From positions 72,225-136,224 of the forward strand of contig JAQBOZ010000017.1 of assembly GCA_028287785.1 (NCBI GenBank): DNA of 64,000 nucleotides. Reading direction: 5' to 3'. Below, piece by piece: positions 52,862 to 62,500 of this stretch. The position numbers and the translations under genes were made by a program. Within the stretch, counting starts at the first letter, position 1; every line of letters starts with the position of its first letter. The notes under the pieces were generated by a model. It saw nothing but the letters and a program-made list of their open reading frames with translations, had not been told where the DNA came from and did not search any database. Source of the DNA: Chlorobiota bacterium (lineage in GTDB: Bacteria; Bacteroidota; Ignavibacteria; OLB7).

Positions 52862-53206
52862 TCAGGAGGCCTTCGGGGCCATCTGGTAGACGATCTTGCG
52901 GATCGTATCGAACTGAAGATACGGGTGCATCTGCTGAAGCTTATCGATGGCATCACCGGCGGACATCTTCTCACGCATTTCCCTGTAGGACTTGCGGATC
53001 TGATAATCGCGAAGGGATTTCTGATCGATCAATCGATGCTGCTGGAGGAGCGAGAATGTTGAATCGTCAATCAGATCCGCCAGGGGATTCAGCCGGACTT
53101 CGGTCTGCATCTGAACGCTGAACCCATCATTGGCGACGATCTCTTCGGGTGCGGTGACGGCTGCCTTTGCGAGGCGAATCCTGGAGCGTACGGTTGTCGC
53201 GGGCAT
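52862..53206 (-). CDS. Hypothetical small protein with putative C-terminal helix-turn-helix (Mor-like regulator?)
   Basis: 114-aa product. The start is preceded by a strong SD (gtaggagattaactATG). The C-terminal IRKSYREMREKMSAGDAIDKLQQ region resembles small HTH activators. Weak call. Confidence 0.3.
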   Translation of the reverse strand: MPATTVRSRIRLAKAAVTAPEEIVANDGFSVQMQTEVRLNPLADLIDDSTFSLLQQHRLIDQKSLRDYQIRKSYREMREKMSAGDAIDKLQQMHPYLQFDTIRKIVYQMAPKAS

Positions 53207-54049
53207 AGTTAATCTCCTACTCGATTCGTGTCTGTTGAGGGAAAACGTAACGCACAATGCGTGATCATCGTAACAACTTGCCTGGGCGTTTCTTCGGTTT
53301 AAGTGAGATTGTACAGCTTGGTCAATGCTGCAAAGCTATTGACACGGATTAGATGTGAAACCTTACATGAGCCAGCGCGCTACCGTATTTTTTAAAAAAT
53401 CAGCCGGAAAAAAAAGCCGAATAGCGCATATGTACGCATCCGGCTCGACCAGCATATATACCAGTGATAGCGAGCCAATTACTTCGACTGTTGCCAGATC
53501 ATCCTCTATCGGGACAAACCCGTAAATCCACAAACCTTAGTGTGCCGATTGCCACTAATCATAAGGTCTGCTGGCTCAGAGTTCAGCGCCGGAGAGTGAT
53601 CGATTTTCCTGAGCAGCGCAGGCCACAGTACAGAGTAATTGGATTATATCAATAGCGTCGTTTTCGTTTTGTTGAGAGGAGCGAGAGTGACGGAAAGACC
53701 CGCGGAATCCGATTGTGTCACACGCCGTCAATTATTTCTCCCGCTCTAGCATACGAACACATCACCTTACAAAAAGTTAGCGGTTGGCGTCAGTGGAATA
53801 AAAAAAATGGCGGCGAACGTTTTTCAAACGTGTCAGGCAACGGGCGGTGGAGCTGTTGATGGCAGTTCCGCCAGAGCATCTATTTAGCGGAATGAGCCGC
53901 CGGCCGGTTAAAGAAGGCCATTGCGGCGCATATTGTCGAGCGTTCTAAATACTCCGGCGCAACTATTACCGTGACGATTTTGCACGGTAAACGATATTGG
54001 CGAATTTCGGGCGTTTACCGGAAATTCGTCGCGCAATGTCGGTGCAAAT

Positions 54050-54976
54050 CTACGCCCCGAGCAGATCGCGAAGCGCTTCCGGGAGTTTTGGAAAACGGAA
54101 ACGATAGCCGAGTTTCTCCGTCCGCTCGGGAATCGCGTGCTGTCCCTCCGTCAGGATGATGGCTCCCTCGCCGAAGATCAGGCTCAACGCGAATCCGGGG
54201 ACGGGGAAAAATGATGGGCGATGGAGTGCCGAGCCAAGCGCGGAGGAGAATTCCCTGTTCCTGACGATGCCGGGAGCCGTTCCATTGACCGCCCCGGTGA
54301 TGCCGGTGTTATCGAGCGCCCAGAGGAACATCTCCACTTCATCGGTGATATGGATCCATGGAAACCACTGGCGACCGGAGGCGATCGGGCCGCCAACGAA
54401 GAGCCGGAACGTCGGGGCCATCTTCGCCAGCGCTCCATCGCCGGGATCGAGCACGATGCCGGTCCGTATCAGCACCACGCGAACGCCCAGCTTCTCCGCT
54501 TCGAGCGCCTCCGCCTCCCACGCGCGGCAGACATCCGCCAGAAAATCCTTCCCCGGCCCCGATTCCTCCGTGAAGACACGATCGTTCGATGTGCCGTAAT
54601 AGCCAACGGCGCTGGCGCTGATCAGGGCCGCCGGCTTCCGCGCCGCGCGCGCGATTGCCGCCACCACGTTGCGCGTGCCGTCAACCCGGCTCTCGCGGAT
54701 TCTCTTCTTCTGCTCGTCGCTCCAGCGGGTTGCCACCGGGGAGCCGGCCAGATGGATCACCGCGTCCGCGCCATCGATCGCCGCCGTCCACGGGCCGTCG
54801 GCCATGGAGCTGGACCAGGCAAGATAGTCGGCTGCTCCGGGGGCCAGCCGCCGCCCGCGCTCAACATCGCGCACCAGCGCCGTCACCCGGTCGCCCCGTT
54901 TGCTCAATCGCTCTATGATCTTCCTGCCGATCAACCCGGTTGCCCCGGTCACGATGATATGTTTGTTCTCCGCCAT
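54050..54976 (-). CDS. TIGR01777-family NAD-dependent epimerase/dehydratase (YfcH-like, with DUF1731 C-terminus)
   Basis: N-terminal IIVTGATGLIGRKI Rossmann motif and the YfcH-like C-terminal domain. Start at MAENKH (54976). Confidence 0.75.
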   Translation of the reverse strand: MAENKHIIVTGATGLIGRKIIERLSKRGDRVTALVRDVERGRRLAPGAADYLAWSSSMADGPWTAAIDGADAVIHLAGSPVATRWSDEQKKRIRESRVDGTRNVVAAIARAARKPAALISASAVGYYGTSNDRVFTEESGPGKDFLADVCRAWEAEALEAEKLGVRVVLIRTGIVLDPGDGALAKMAPTFRLFVGGPIASGRQWFPWIHITDEVEMFLWALDNTGITGAVNGTAPGIVRNREFSSALGSALHRPSFFPVPGFALSLIFGEGAIILTEGQHAIPERTEKLGYRFRFPKLPEALRDLLGA

Positions 54977-55111
54977 CGCGTTGCTCCTGGTAAGTTTGTT
55001 GCAGGAATATAACCCACGGCGGCGGGAGAAGATTCCCTGAACCATGCATGGCTTCATTCTCTCCCGCGGCCCGGCGTATATTGGGATGCACAACAGCGGA
55101 CAAAAAATCAC

Positions 55112-56206
55112 GTGGCAGACAGCTCAAGAAAAAGCGGCAAGCACAACAGGCTCAGGCGTACGCGAAAGGATTGGATCAAGGGCAATCGCGAGCGGGCACA
55201 GCGGATAGACCCGGACAACGAATCGATTGTCCACGGGCGGGAGAAGATGCGTCCGAAAGGGATCACGATCGACGCGATGGGGGATCTGGAGGGGCTTCCG
55301 CGGGGCCAGGTGGTGGAGGCGGAGAGCGGTCGTCACGACGTGAAGCTGGAGGCGGGTGAGCTTCTCTCATGCCAGATCAAGCGGGGCGCATCCACGGAGA
55401 ACGAGCAGTCCACGCTGGTCGTGGTCGGGGATTTTGTCAGGGTGCAGCCGCTGGAGGATGGGCGTGGGCTGATCCATCATGTCGAGGAGCGGAAGACCTG
55501 GCTGGGCCGGAACGCGGCCGGGGAGAAGGGGATGGAGCATGTGCTGGCCTCGAACATCGATCTTCTTCTCTGCATAGCGGCGGCCGACCGTCCCGATTTC
55601 CGCAGGACGATCATCGATCGCTATATCGTTGCCGCCCTGCTTGGCGGGGTGACCCCGGCGGTCGTGGTCAACAAGAGCGATCTGATCGAAGGGGAACTGG
55701 AGGAGCTGATACGGGAGGATGTGGAGGTGTACGGGAACATCGGCTACCGGACGCTGTTTACGAGCGCGGAGACCGGCGATGGGATCGATGAATTGAGAGA
55801 TGTGCTGAAGGGAAAAACGGCGGTGCTGATCGGGCAGTCGGGGGCGGGGAAATCATCGCTGGCGAACGCGATCCTGGGGTACGATCTGCGTCGCACCGGC
55901 GAGGTTCGGGAGAAGGACCGACGCGGAATGCACACCACCATCAGCTCCGTCATGCTGGAGATCCCCGGCGGCGGCTATCTGATCGACACGCCCGGCCTGC
56001 GGGAGTTCGGCATATGGGATCTGGAGCCGGAGGAGCTGGATGCTTATTTCGTGGAGTTTCTGGATCATCTGCGGGAGTGCAGATTTCTCCCCTGCACCCA
56101 CACGCACGAGCCGGGATGCGCCGTGATCGCTGCCGTTGAGAGCGGCGATATCGATGAAGGTCGCTATCAGAGCTATCTGGCGATCTTCGAATCACTGAAA
56201 CGATAG
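55112..56206 (+). CDS. rsgA: Ribosome small subunit-dependent GTPase A
   Basis: Circularly permuted GTPase motifs (VVNKSDL then GQSGAGKSSL), a C-terminal zinc finger (CRFLPCTHTHEPGC) and a basic N-terminal extension. GTG start at 55112. Confidence 0.8.
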   Translation: MADSSRKSGKHNRLRRTRKDWIKGNRERAQRIDPDNESIVHGREKMRPKGITIDAMGDLEGLPRGQVVEAESGRHDVKLEAGELLSCQIKRGASTENEQSTLVVVGDFVRVQPLEDGRGLIHHVEERKTWLGRNAAGEKGMEHVLASNIDLLLCIAAADRPDFRRTIIDRYIVAALLGGVTPAVVVNKSDLIEGELEELIREDVEVYGNIGYRTLFTSAETGDGIDELRDVLKGKTAVLIGQSGAGKSSLANAILGYDLRRTGEVREKDRRGMHTTISSVMLEIPGGGYLIDTPGLREFGIWDLEPEELDAYFVEFLDHLRECRFLPCTHTHEPGCAVIAAVESGDIDEGRYQSYLAIFESLKR

Positions 56207-56220
56207 TGTCTGTACGTTGG

Positions 56221-56249
56221 TCGGGGCGGGTTTCAAACCCGCCCCGACG
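56221..56249. terminator. Bidirectional terminator hairpin between rsgA and the histidine kinase gene
   Basis: tcggggcgggttt c aaacccgccccga: a near-perfect 13-bp stem. Confidence 0.7.
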
Positions 56250-56272
56250 ATTCGACGCTTCTCGACATCGAT

Positions 56273-57949
56273 CTATCGTCCTCCGCGCGAACGCTTCAGC
56301 AACCGCGGCAGCTCAAACGCCGCTGCCCGTCCTTTCTGCTTCTGCGCGCCGGGATCGTCCGGCGGGGTCACCGGCTCCTCGATCAGCAGCGGCAGGCGCA
56401 CGATAAAGGTGCTTCCCTGTCCCGGTTCGCTTTCCACCGCGATGGTGCCGCCATGAATCTGCACGATCCACTGTACAATCGACAATCCCAGCCCCGCGCC
56501 TCCAAGCTCCCGGCTCCGCGCCTTGTCCACCCGATAAAATCTGTCGAATATCTTCTTCCGATGCTCCGGGTTGATGCCGATGCCGGTATCCCGCACCCGT
56601 ATCTCCGCGAACTCCCCATCCGGGTGGACCGCGATGGAGATCATCCCTCCCTCCGGCGTGTACTTGATGGCGTTGTCCACCAGGTTCAGGAACATCTGAT
56701 AGAGCTTGGCCCGGTCGGCCTCGATAAAGAGAGCCTGGCTGTGCCTGAAGGAGATGTAGATGTTCTTCTGCGTCCCGAGGATCGTGGCGGCGTCCGCGAC
56801 CTCCTCCAGCGTCTCGGTCAGGTCGGTCGGCTCCTTGATCAGGGATATCTGCCCCATGTCCGTGCGGGAGAGGAGGAGGAGCGATTCCACCACATGGGAG
56901 AGCCGCAGCACCTCCTGAAGGGCGCTGGAGAGGACATCCTGATAATCCTCCGGCGATTTTCTGGTCCGCAACGCCAGCTCCAGCTCGCCGGTCAGGATCG
57001 TCAGTGGCGTCCGCAGCTCATGCGATGCATCGGCGGTGAACTGGCGTATCCGTTCAAACGAGCTTTCCAGGCGGGAGATCATGTCATTGAGCGTCTCGGA
57101 AAGTCGGCCTATCTCATCGTTGCTCTTCGGGATGGGGAGGCGGCGGGAGAGATTGGATGCCGTGATATCCTGCGCCGTGCGGGTGATCTCATCGACGGGA
57201 TGGAGCGTGGTCTTGGCGAGAAACCATCCCCCCACCATCGAGAGGAGGAGCACCGCCGGGGCAAGAAGGATAAGCGTGGAGAAGAACTGATCGAGCAGCG
57301 ACTGAACCTCATCCACCTGATAGCCGGCCACGATATACGCGGATCGGGAGCGCGCCAGGGCAATTCTCAGCCGTTGCGTCCCATCCTTCCCGCGGATCGG
57401 CTGATCCACCGAGATAAACTGCACCGTGGAATCCTGCGCCGTGGTGATAAAGCTCCCAGGCAGATGGAGCGAGTCCTTCCCGAGATTATCCGAACGGTAG
57501 ACGATGGTGCCGTTGGTATCCATCACCTGGATCATGAAGTTCCGGGGGTTCAGGATGATATGCTCGTAGATCGCCGTCCAGACCGCATCGACCTTCTGAT
57601 CCTGCTTCTGCGCGGCAAGCTCGGTCTTGAGCGGCTTGATGGCGGTCTTGATCGTGGAGTCGGCGGCGAGGGAGTCCTTGCTCAGGAAGGCGAGATCGTT
57701 GCTCTTCGAGCCCTTCTTATGCGGCACCGGCGGTGGCGGAGCAGGCTTTTCTCCGGCCTCCTTTGTCTGCTCGGCGCGTTTGCGGATGATCACGTCGAGC
57801 GAGGAGATGACATTTTTCAGCGAGACATCCAGGTTGGATGTCAGCTCATTGGAAACCGACCCGTAGGTGAGCACGCTGAAGACCGCGAGGGAGATCGCCA
57901 TCACCAGGCAGAACCAGAGCGTAAGGCGGGCACGGAGGGATAGATTCAC
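56273..57949 (-). CDS. Two-component sensor histidine kinase (CusS/heavy-metal-sensor-like architecture)
   Basis: TM1, a ~190-aa periplasmic domain, TM2, HAMP, HisKA (ADASHELRTPLT) and HATPase_c. GTG start at 57949 overlaps the response-regulator stop (GTGA). The ORF-track extension to 58555 runs through the response-regulator gene and is rejected. Confidence 0.8.
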   Translation of the reverse strand: MNLSLRARLTLWFCLVMAISLAVFSVLTYGSVSNELTSNLDVSLKNVISSLDVIIRKRAEQTKEAGEKPAPPPPVPHKKGSKSNDLAFLSKDSLAADSTIKTAIKPLKTELAAQKQDQKVDAVWTAIYEHIILNPRNFMIQVMDTNGTIVYRSDNLGKDSLHLPGSFITTAQDSTVQFISVDQPIRGKDGTQRLRIALARSRSAYIVAGYQVDEVQSLLDQFFSTLILLAPAVLLLSMVGGWFLAKTTLHPVDEITRTAQDITASNLSRRLPIPKSNDEIGRLSETLNDMISRLESSFERIRQFTADASHELRTPLTILTGELELALRTRKSPEDYQDVLSSALQEVLRLSHVVESLLLLSRTDMGQISLIKEPTDLTETLEEVADAATILGTQKNIYISFRHSQALFIEADRAKLYQMFLNLVDNAIKYTPEGGMISIAVHPDGEFAEIRVRDTGIGINPEHRKKIFDRFYRVDKARSRELGGAGLGLSIVQWIVQIHGGTIAVESEPGQGSTFIVRLPLLIEEPVTPPDDPGAQKQKGRAAAFELPRLLKRSRGGR

Positions 57950-58638
57950 TCTTTTTCCTCCTCGGGAACTCCTTCGCGCATCACATAGCCGACGCCGCGA
58001 ATCGAGTGGATCAGCCGCGAACCGCCATCCACCTCGACCTTGTTCCTGAGGCGATTGATATACACATCCACCAGATTGGAATCCACCGCGAAGTTGTAGT
58101 TCCAGACATGCTGCGTGATCACCGAGCGGCTGAGCACGCGATCGGCATTCCGCATCAGATATTCCAGCAGCGCGTACTCCCGCGTGGTCAGCTCGATCTC
58201 CGTGTTGACGCGCTTTGCCTTCCGGGTGATCGAATCGAGATAGAGATCCCCCACCTTCAACTGATTCGATTTTTCGACGGAGCGGCGGCGGAGCATCGAG
58301 CGGATTCTGGCGGTCAGCTCCTCGAAATGGAACGGCTTCGCCAGATAGTCGTCGGCGCCGGAATCCAGCCCGGTGATCTTGTCCTGAATCGTCCCCTTGG
58401 CCGTTAGGATCAGCACCGGCGTGGTCATGCCGCGGGCGCGGAACTCCCGCAACAGCGAGATGCCGTCGCGCTTCGGCATCATCAGGTCCAGCACGATGCC
58501 GTCGAATTCTCCCGTGAGCGCCTTCTCCAGCCCCTGCTCGCCATCGTAGGCGCAATCCACATCGTAATGTTCCTCACGCAGACCCTGCATGATGAAGTTC
58601 GCCACCTTCTTTTCATCCTCGATTACAAGAAGCTTCAT
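57946..58638 (-). CDS. OmpR-family response regulator (CusR-like)
   Basis: Receiver domain MKLLVIEDEKK...VLDLMMP...LILTAKG and a winged-helix C-terminus (GVGYVMRE). Start at 58638. Confidence 0.85.
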   Translation of the reverse strand: MKLLVIEDEKKVANFIMQGLREEHYDVDCAYDGEQGLEKALTGEFDGIVLDLMMPKRDGISLLREFRARGMTTPVLILTAKGTIQDKITGLDSGADDYLAKPFHFEELTARIRSMLRRRSVEKSNQLKVGDLYLDSITRKAKRVNTEIELTTREYALLEYLMRNADRVLSRSVITQHVWNYNFAVDSNLVDVYINRLRNKVEVDGGSRLIHSIRGVGYVMREGVPEEEKE

Positions 58639-58756
58639 AACACCAAAATCCTGTGTACTCGAACAAATGCTCTCCGCCATCGGACCATGCTGAATGCCGG
58701 ACACAGGGGAGAGAAGTGGAAAAATACAGAATGGGACGACGCAAATGGCCGGAATT

Positions 58757-58855
58757 CATTTGAAATGAATGCGGGCATCTGAATGCGCGTGTTTGAAACG
58801 AATGCATGCATCTGAACACGCGCATGTGCAGATGTCGGAGTTCGTTTCAAACGAA
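58757..58855. promoter_or_regulatory. Operator-like repeat cluster upstream of the response-regulator gene: two ~35-bp direct repeats plus a perfect palindrome TTCGTTTCAAACGAA
   Basis: Seen directly. Repeat 1 is catttgaaatgaatgcgggcatctgaatgcgcgtg. Repeat 2 is gtttgaaacgaatgcatgcatctgaacacgcgcatg. The palindrome is at 58841-58855, in the divergent intergenic region between the response regulator and the 58998 gene. Confidence 0.4.
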
Positions 58856-58997
58856 GCCCTCCCCCGGACACGATCAACGGGAGATACCGCATGGCACGCT
58901 ATTCGTGACGGACTGAGCAACTACTTCTGCCGGTATAATGCCCCGGTAGTCCGGAATCGGGTGCCGGCGATTCATCAGTTGTGAAGGAATCGACCTT

Positions 58998-59564
58998 ATG
59001 GGACGTTGTTCAGGGATCACACATCGCGGAGGATGGCTGGCGGCGCTGCTGCTGCTGCTCTGCGGAAGCGTTCTGACCGCGCAGGTGCGGACGCTGAATC
59101 TTCGCGAGATGGTCGGCTCGGCCGGGACCATCTTCATCGGCTCCGTCGCCGGGGTTTCCTCGGGATCGGATGAACATGGCGATATCGTCACCTACACCAC
59201 ATTCCGGGTGGAACAGCCCATCTACGGCGGCGCCGCCGGAACCGTCACCGTCAAACAGCTTGGCGGGGCCTCCGGCGGGCTCTCCACAAGGCTCGAACAT
59301 ATGCGCTACTTCCGCACCGGCGAGCGTGTGCTGGTGGCCTTCTATCCCATCAGCTCCCTTGGCTTCACCAGCCCCATCGGGCTTTATCAGGCCGTCTGGA
59401 ACGTCACGTCGGACGGGCAGGTGCTGGGGGTGGGGGATACATCGCTTGGGGGACTGGACGCGCTGCTCAGGCGATATCACCTGGACCGCAACGGCGGCAC
59501 GGTGGCGGCTTCCACGTTCGTTTCGATGATCGATGATCTTCTCAGGGAGGCGGGAAAATTATGA
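58998..59564 (+). CDS. Secreted hypothetical protein (signal peptide, Gly-rich)
   Basis: 188-aa ORF with an N-terminal signal peptide. Its stop overlaps the start of the giant downstream gene (ATGA). Confidence 0.45.
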   Translation: MGRCSGITHRGGWLAALLLLLCGSVLTAQVRTLNLREMVGSAGTIFIGSVAGVSSGSDEHGDIVTYTTFRVEQPIYGGAAGTVTVKQLGGASGGLSTRLEHMRYFRTGERVLVAFYPISSLGFTSPIGLYQAVWNVTSDGQVLGVGDTSLGGLDALLRRYHLDRNGGTVAASTFVSMIDDLLREAGKL

Positions 59565-62500
59565 GAACGATCACAATGATTCTTGCCGCGGCGATTATCG
59601 CCCTGACGGCGCTTCCGACGCATGCGGGGGGGCCGCTGACCGCCAACGGGACCACGGCGCGGAGATATCCCGCCGGCTCCATTCCCATCTCCTTCAAGAC
59701 CGATCAGGGGGCGCTCGGCTCCTTCTCCAACGGCACGGCAACCGGGATCGCGGTCTACGCGTTCCAGCAGTGGGATAACGTGGTCACTGCCGCTCTCTCC
59801 TTCAACAACGCGGGGCAGCTCCCGCGTGATGTCACCACCGCCGCCGATGCGTTTATCTCCGGCGCCGGACAGTTCAGCGATGGCGTCAACCCGGTGGTGT
59901 TCGACAACGACGGCTCCATCACCGACGCCAAGCTGGGGGTGGGGGCCAGGAACTCCGTGCTCGGCTTCGCCAGCTCCGCCTACGCCGGGAACAACTATGT
60001 GGAGGGATACGCCATCATCAACGGCTTCCTGAGCGGCGCCGGGGGCGTTGCGGAACAGGATGAGTACAAGGCGACGATCACCCATGAGATCGGGCATTTT
60101 CTCGGGCTGGGACACTCGCAGGTTTCCATGCACGCCGATTACGCCACGATGTATCCAGTCATCGAGAAGACCGCGCAGAAAACCCTTTCACCCGACGATC
60201 AGGCTGCCATCTCCATTCTCTATCCGGCCGCGGGGTATACCGCCACGGTCGGCGGCATCACCGGAACGGTGCGGCGGCTTCCCAACACCTCCCTGAGCGG
60301 CGTGAATGTGATCGCCGAGGACTCCGCGACGGGCGCGGCCTACAGCACCGTGGTCGATTACTTCTCCGGCGGGAAATCGGGGTTTGACAACGCTCCTGCG
60401 GCAACCGGCACCTACACATTCACGGGGCTGCCGCCGGGGAGATACTTCGTCAGGATCGAGCCGGTCACGGCAACCTTTACCGGCGGTTCGTCGGTCGCCA
60501 GCTACGATACGCCGGCCAACATGAATATCGATCGCGAATGGTACAACGGCACGGCGGAGAACGGGGATATGCTCCTCGACAACGTCAACGAGAAGACGGG
60601 CGTGGTGGTGGCCGCCGGCGCCACGACATCCAACATCAGCTTCCTCGAAAACGAGTCCATCACGATCAGCTCCCTGGTCTATCACGACGGCACTCCCTAT
60701 TATCTCTTCGATCTGCCGCAGGCGGGGATCAGCCGCTATGCCGTGCGGTTTACGGCTCCCGGCACCGGATCGCTGGTGGGGGTGAAGTTCAAGCTGGGCG
60801 CCGGCTCGGTGCTGCCGCTCAACGGCACGCTTACCGTCACGGTCCACGCCAACGCGCCGGGGAGCGTGGCGGGGGTGCCGGGGACGGCGCTCGGATCGGT
60901 GACGATCCCGTACAGCGATATCGCCGCCGATCAGAACGTGGAGGTCTACCTGCGCGGCATAGGGTTGCCGATAAACTTCCCGGCCGGAACCAACTTCCAC
61001 GTCTCGCTCTCCACGAACGGCGTCGGCACGCTTGAGCTTTTTACCGATAACGGGAGCACGACGCAGAACCGGACATCGTACTACAACGGCACCGTCTGGC
61101 GGAATTTCCCGGAGGGGGGCTATCAGGCGGGATATAATCTCGTGATGTCCGCGGTCTACTCCTCCTCCATCGCCGGCACGCCGCAGCCCGCTCTCTCGGC
61201 CACGCCCACGTCGCTCCAGTTCGGACGGGTCAGGCCGGGGAACAGCATCACCAGGACAGTTACCGTGACCAACACCGGCACCGGCCTGCTGACGGTGAAC
61301 ACGACGCCGATCCTCGGGCGTGACAGCCTCGATTATTCGGTCACGGCGGGGAAGGGGCCGTTCACGGTGGACCCGGGATTGTCGCACGATATCAGCGTGC
61401 GGTTCACCCCGCGGGACGCGGGGGGAGTGGAGGACGGGACGAAGTCGGCGATGATGGCGATCGTCAGCAACGCGGCGACATCCCCCGATAATGTCCCGCT
61501 CAGCGGTCGCGCGGTCGCGCCGCTCGTCATGAAGGTGACATCGGCCGTGGACTTCGGTTCGCGACGGGTTGGGGGCACCTATATCATCGATACGGTCCTG
61601 TTCAGGAACGCCGGCAACGATACGCTTCACGTCACCGGCGTAACCGCCCTCGGCCCGGATGACGGCAGCGGCCTCCGGCTGCTGAACGGCAGTGGTGCCA
61701 CCATTGTCCCACCGGATTCCAGCTTCCGTGCCCGCATCCAGTTTACGCCGACGGAACGGCGCATATATACGCTCAACCTCCGCATCGTCCACGACGACCC
61801 GAAGAACACCCCGACCGATATCACGATCGCCGGCCGCGGCGTGGCGGCCATCATCTCCACGGCGGGGACCTTCTCGGTGGGCAGGGCCCGCGTGGGAACC
61901 ACCATCGACGCGCCGCCGCTCTTTGTGCGGAACAGCGGGGATATTCCGGTGAGGATCACATCGCTCACGATAAGCGGCGCCAACGCGACGGAGTTCATTG
62001 TTCTTTCACCGGTGCCGCCGGTGACGCTGGCTCCCGGCGATTCTCTTCCGATCCGCTTCCGGTTCCATCCGATGGCAATCGGAATTCGCGTGGCGACGCT
62101 CCAGGTGGGGGCGGATTCGCTGGCGCCGATCAGTATCCAGCTCAATGGCGAGGGGATACAGGGGGCGCTCTCCTTCCGTTCGGCGGCCGTCGATTTCGGC
62201 GATGTTCCTCTGGCATCCAACGGCGAGCGTGATATCGCCGTGGTGAACTCCGGCACCGATACGGCAACCATCAGCTCGGCCGATGTCACGGGGTCCGGGT
62301 TCTCGCTCGTGACGCAGTCGCTCGCGGGACGGAAGCTCCTTCCGGGGGATAGCGTCATCGTCCGTGTCCGATTTGCGCCGACGGTTGCGGGCACTTCATC
62401 GGGGAGCCTCCGCATCGCCAGCAACGGCTCCGATCCGCTGATCGTCGCTTCGCTCTCCGGCCGGGGAACGGCGGCGGGGCTTACGCTCAACCGCACCCGC

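Noticed and set aside
57950-58555. N-terminal 202-aa extension of the histidine-kinase ORF (ORF track 56273-58555)
   Set aside because: It runs through the response-regulator gene in another frame, has no TM or signal features, and is Arg/Gly/Ala-rich. A GTG at 57949 directly precedes the first TM helix and overlaps the response-regulator stop, giving a typical coupled RR-HK pair.
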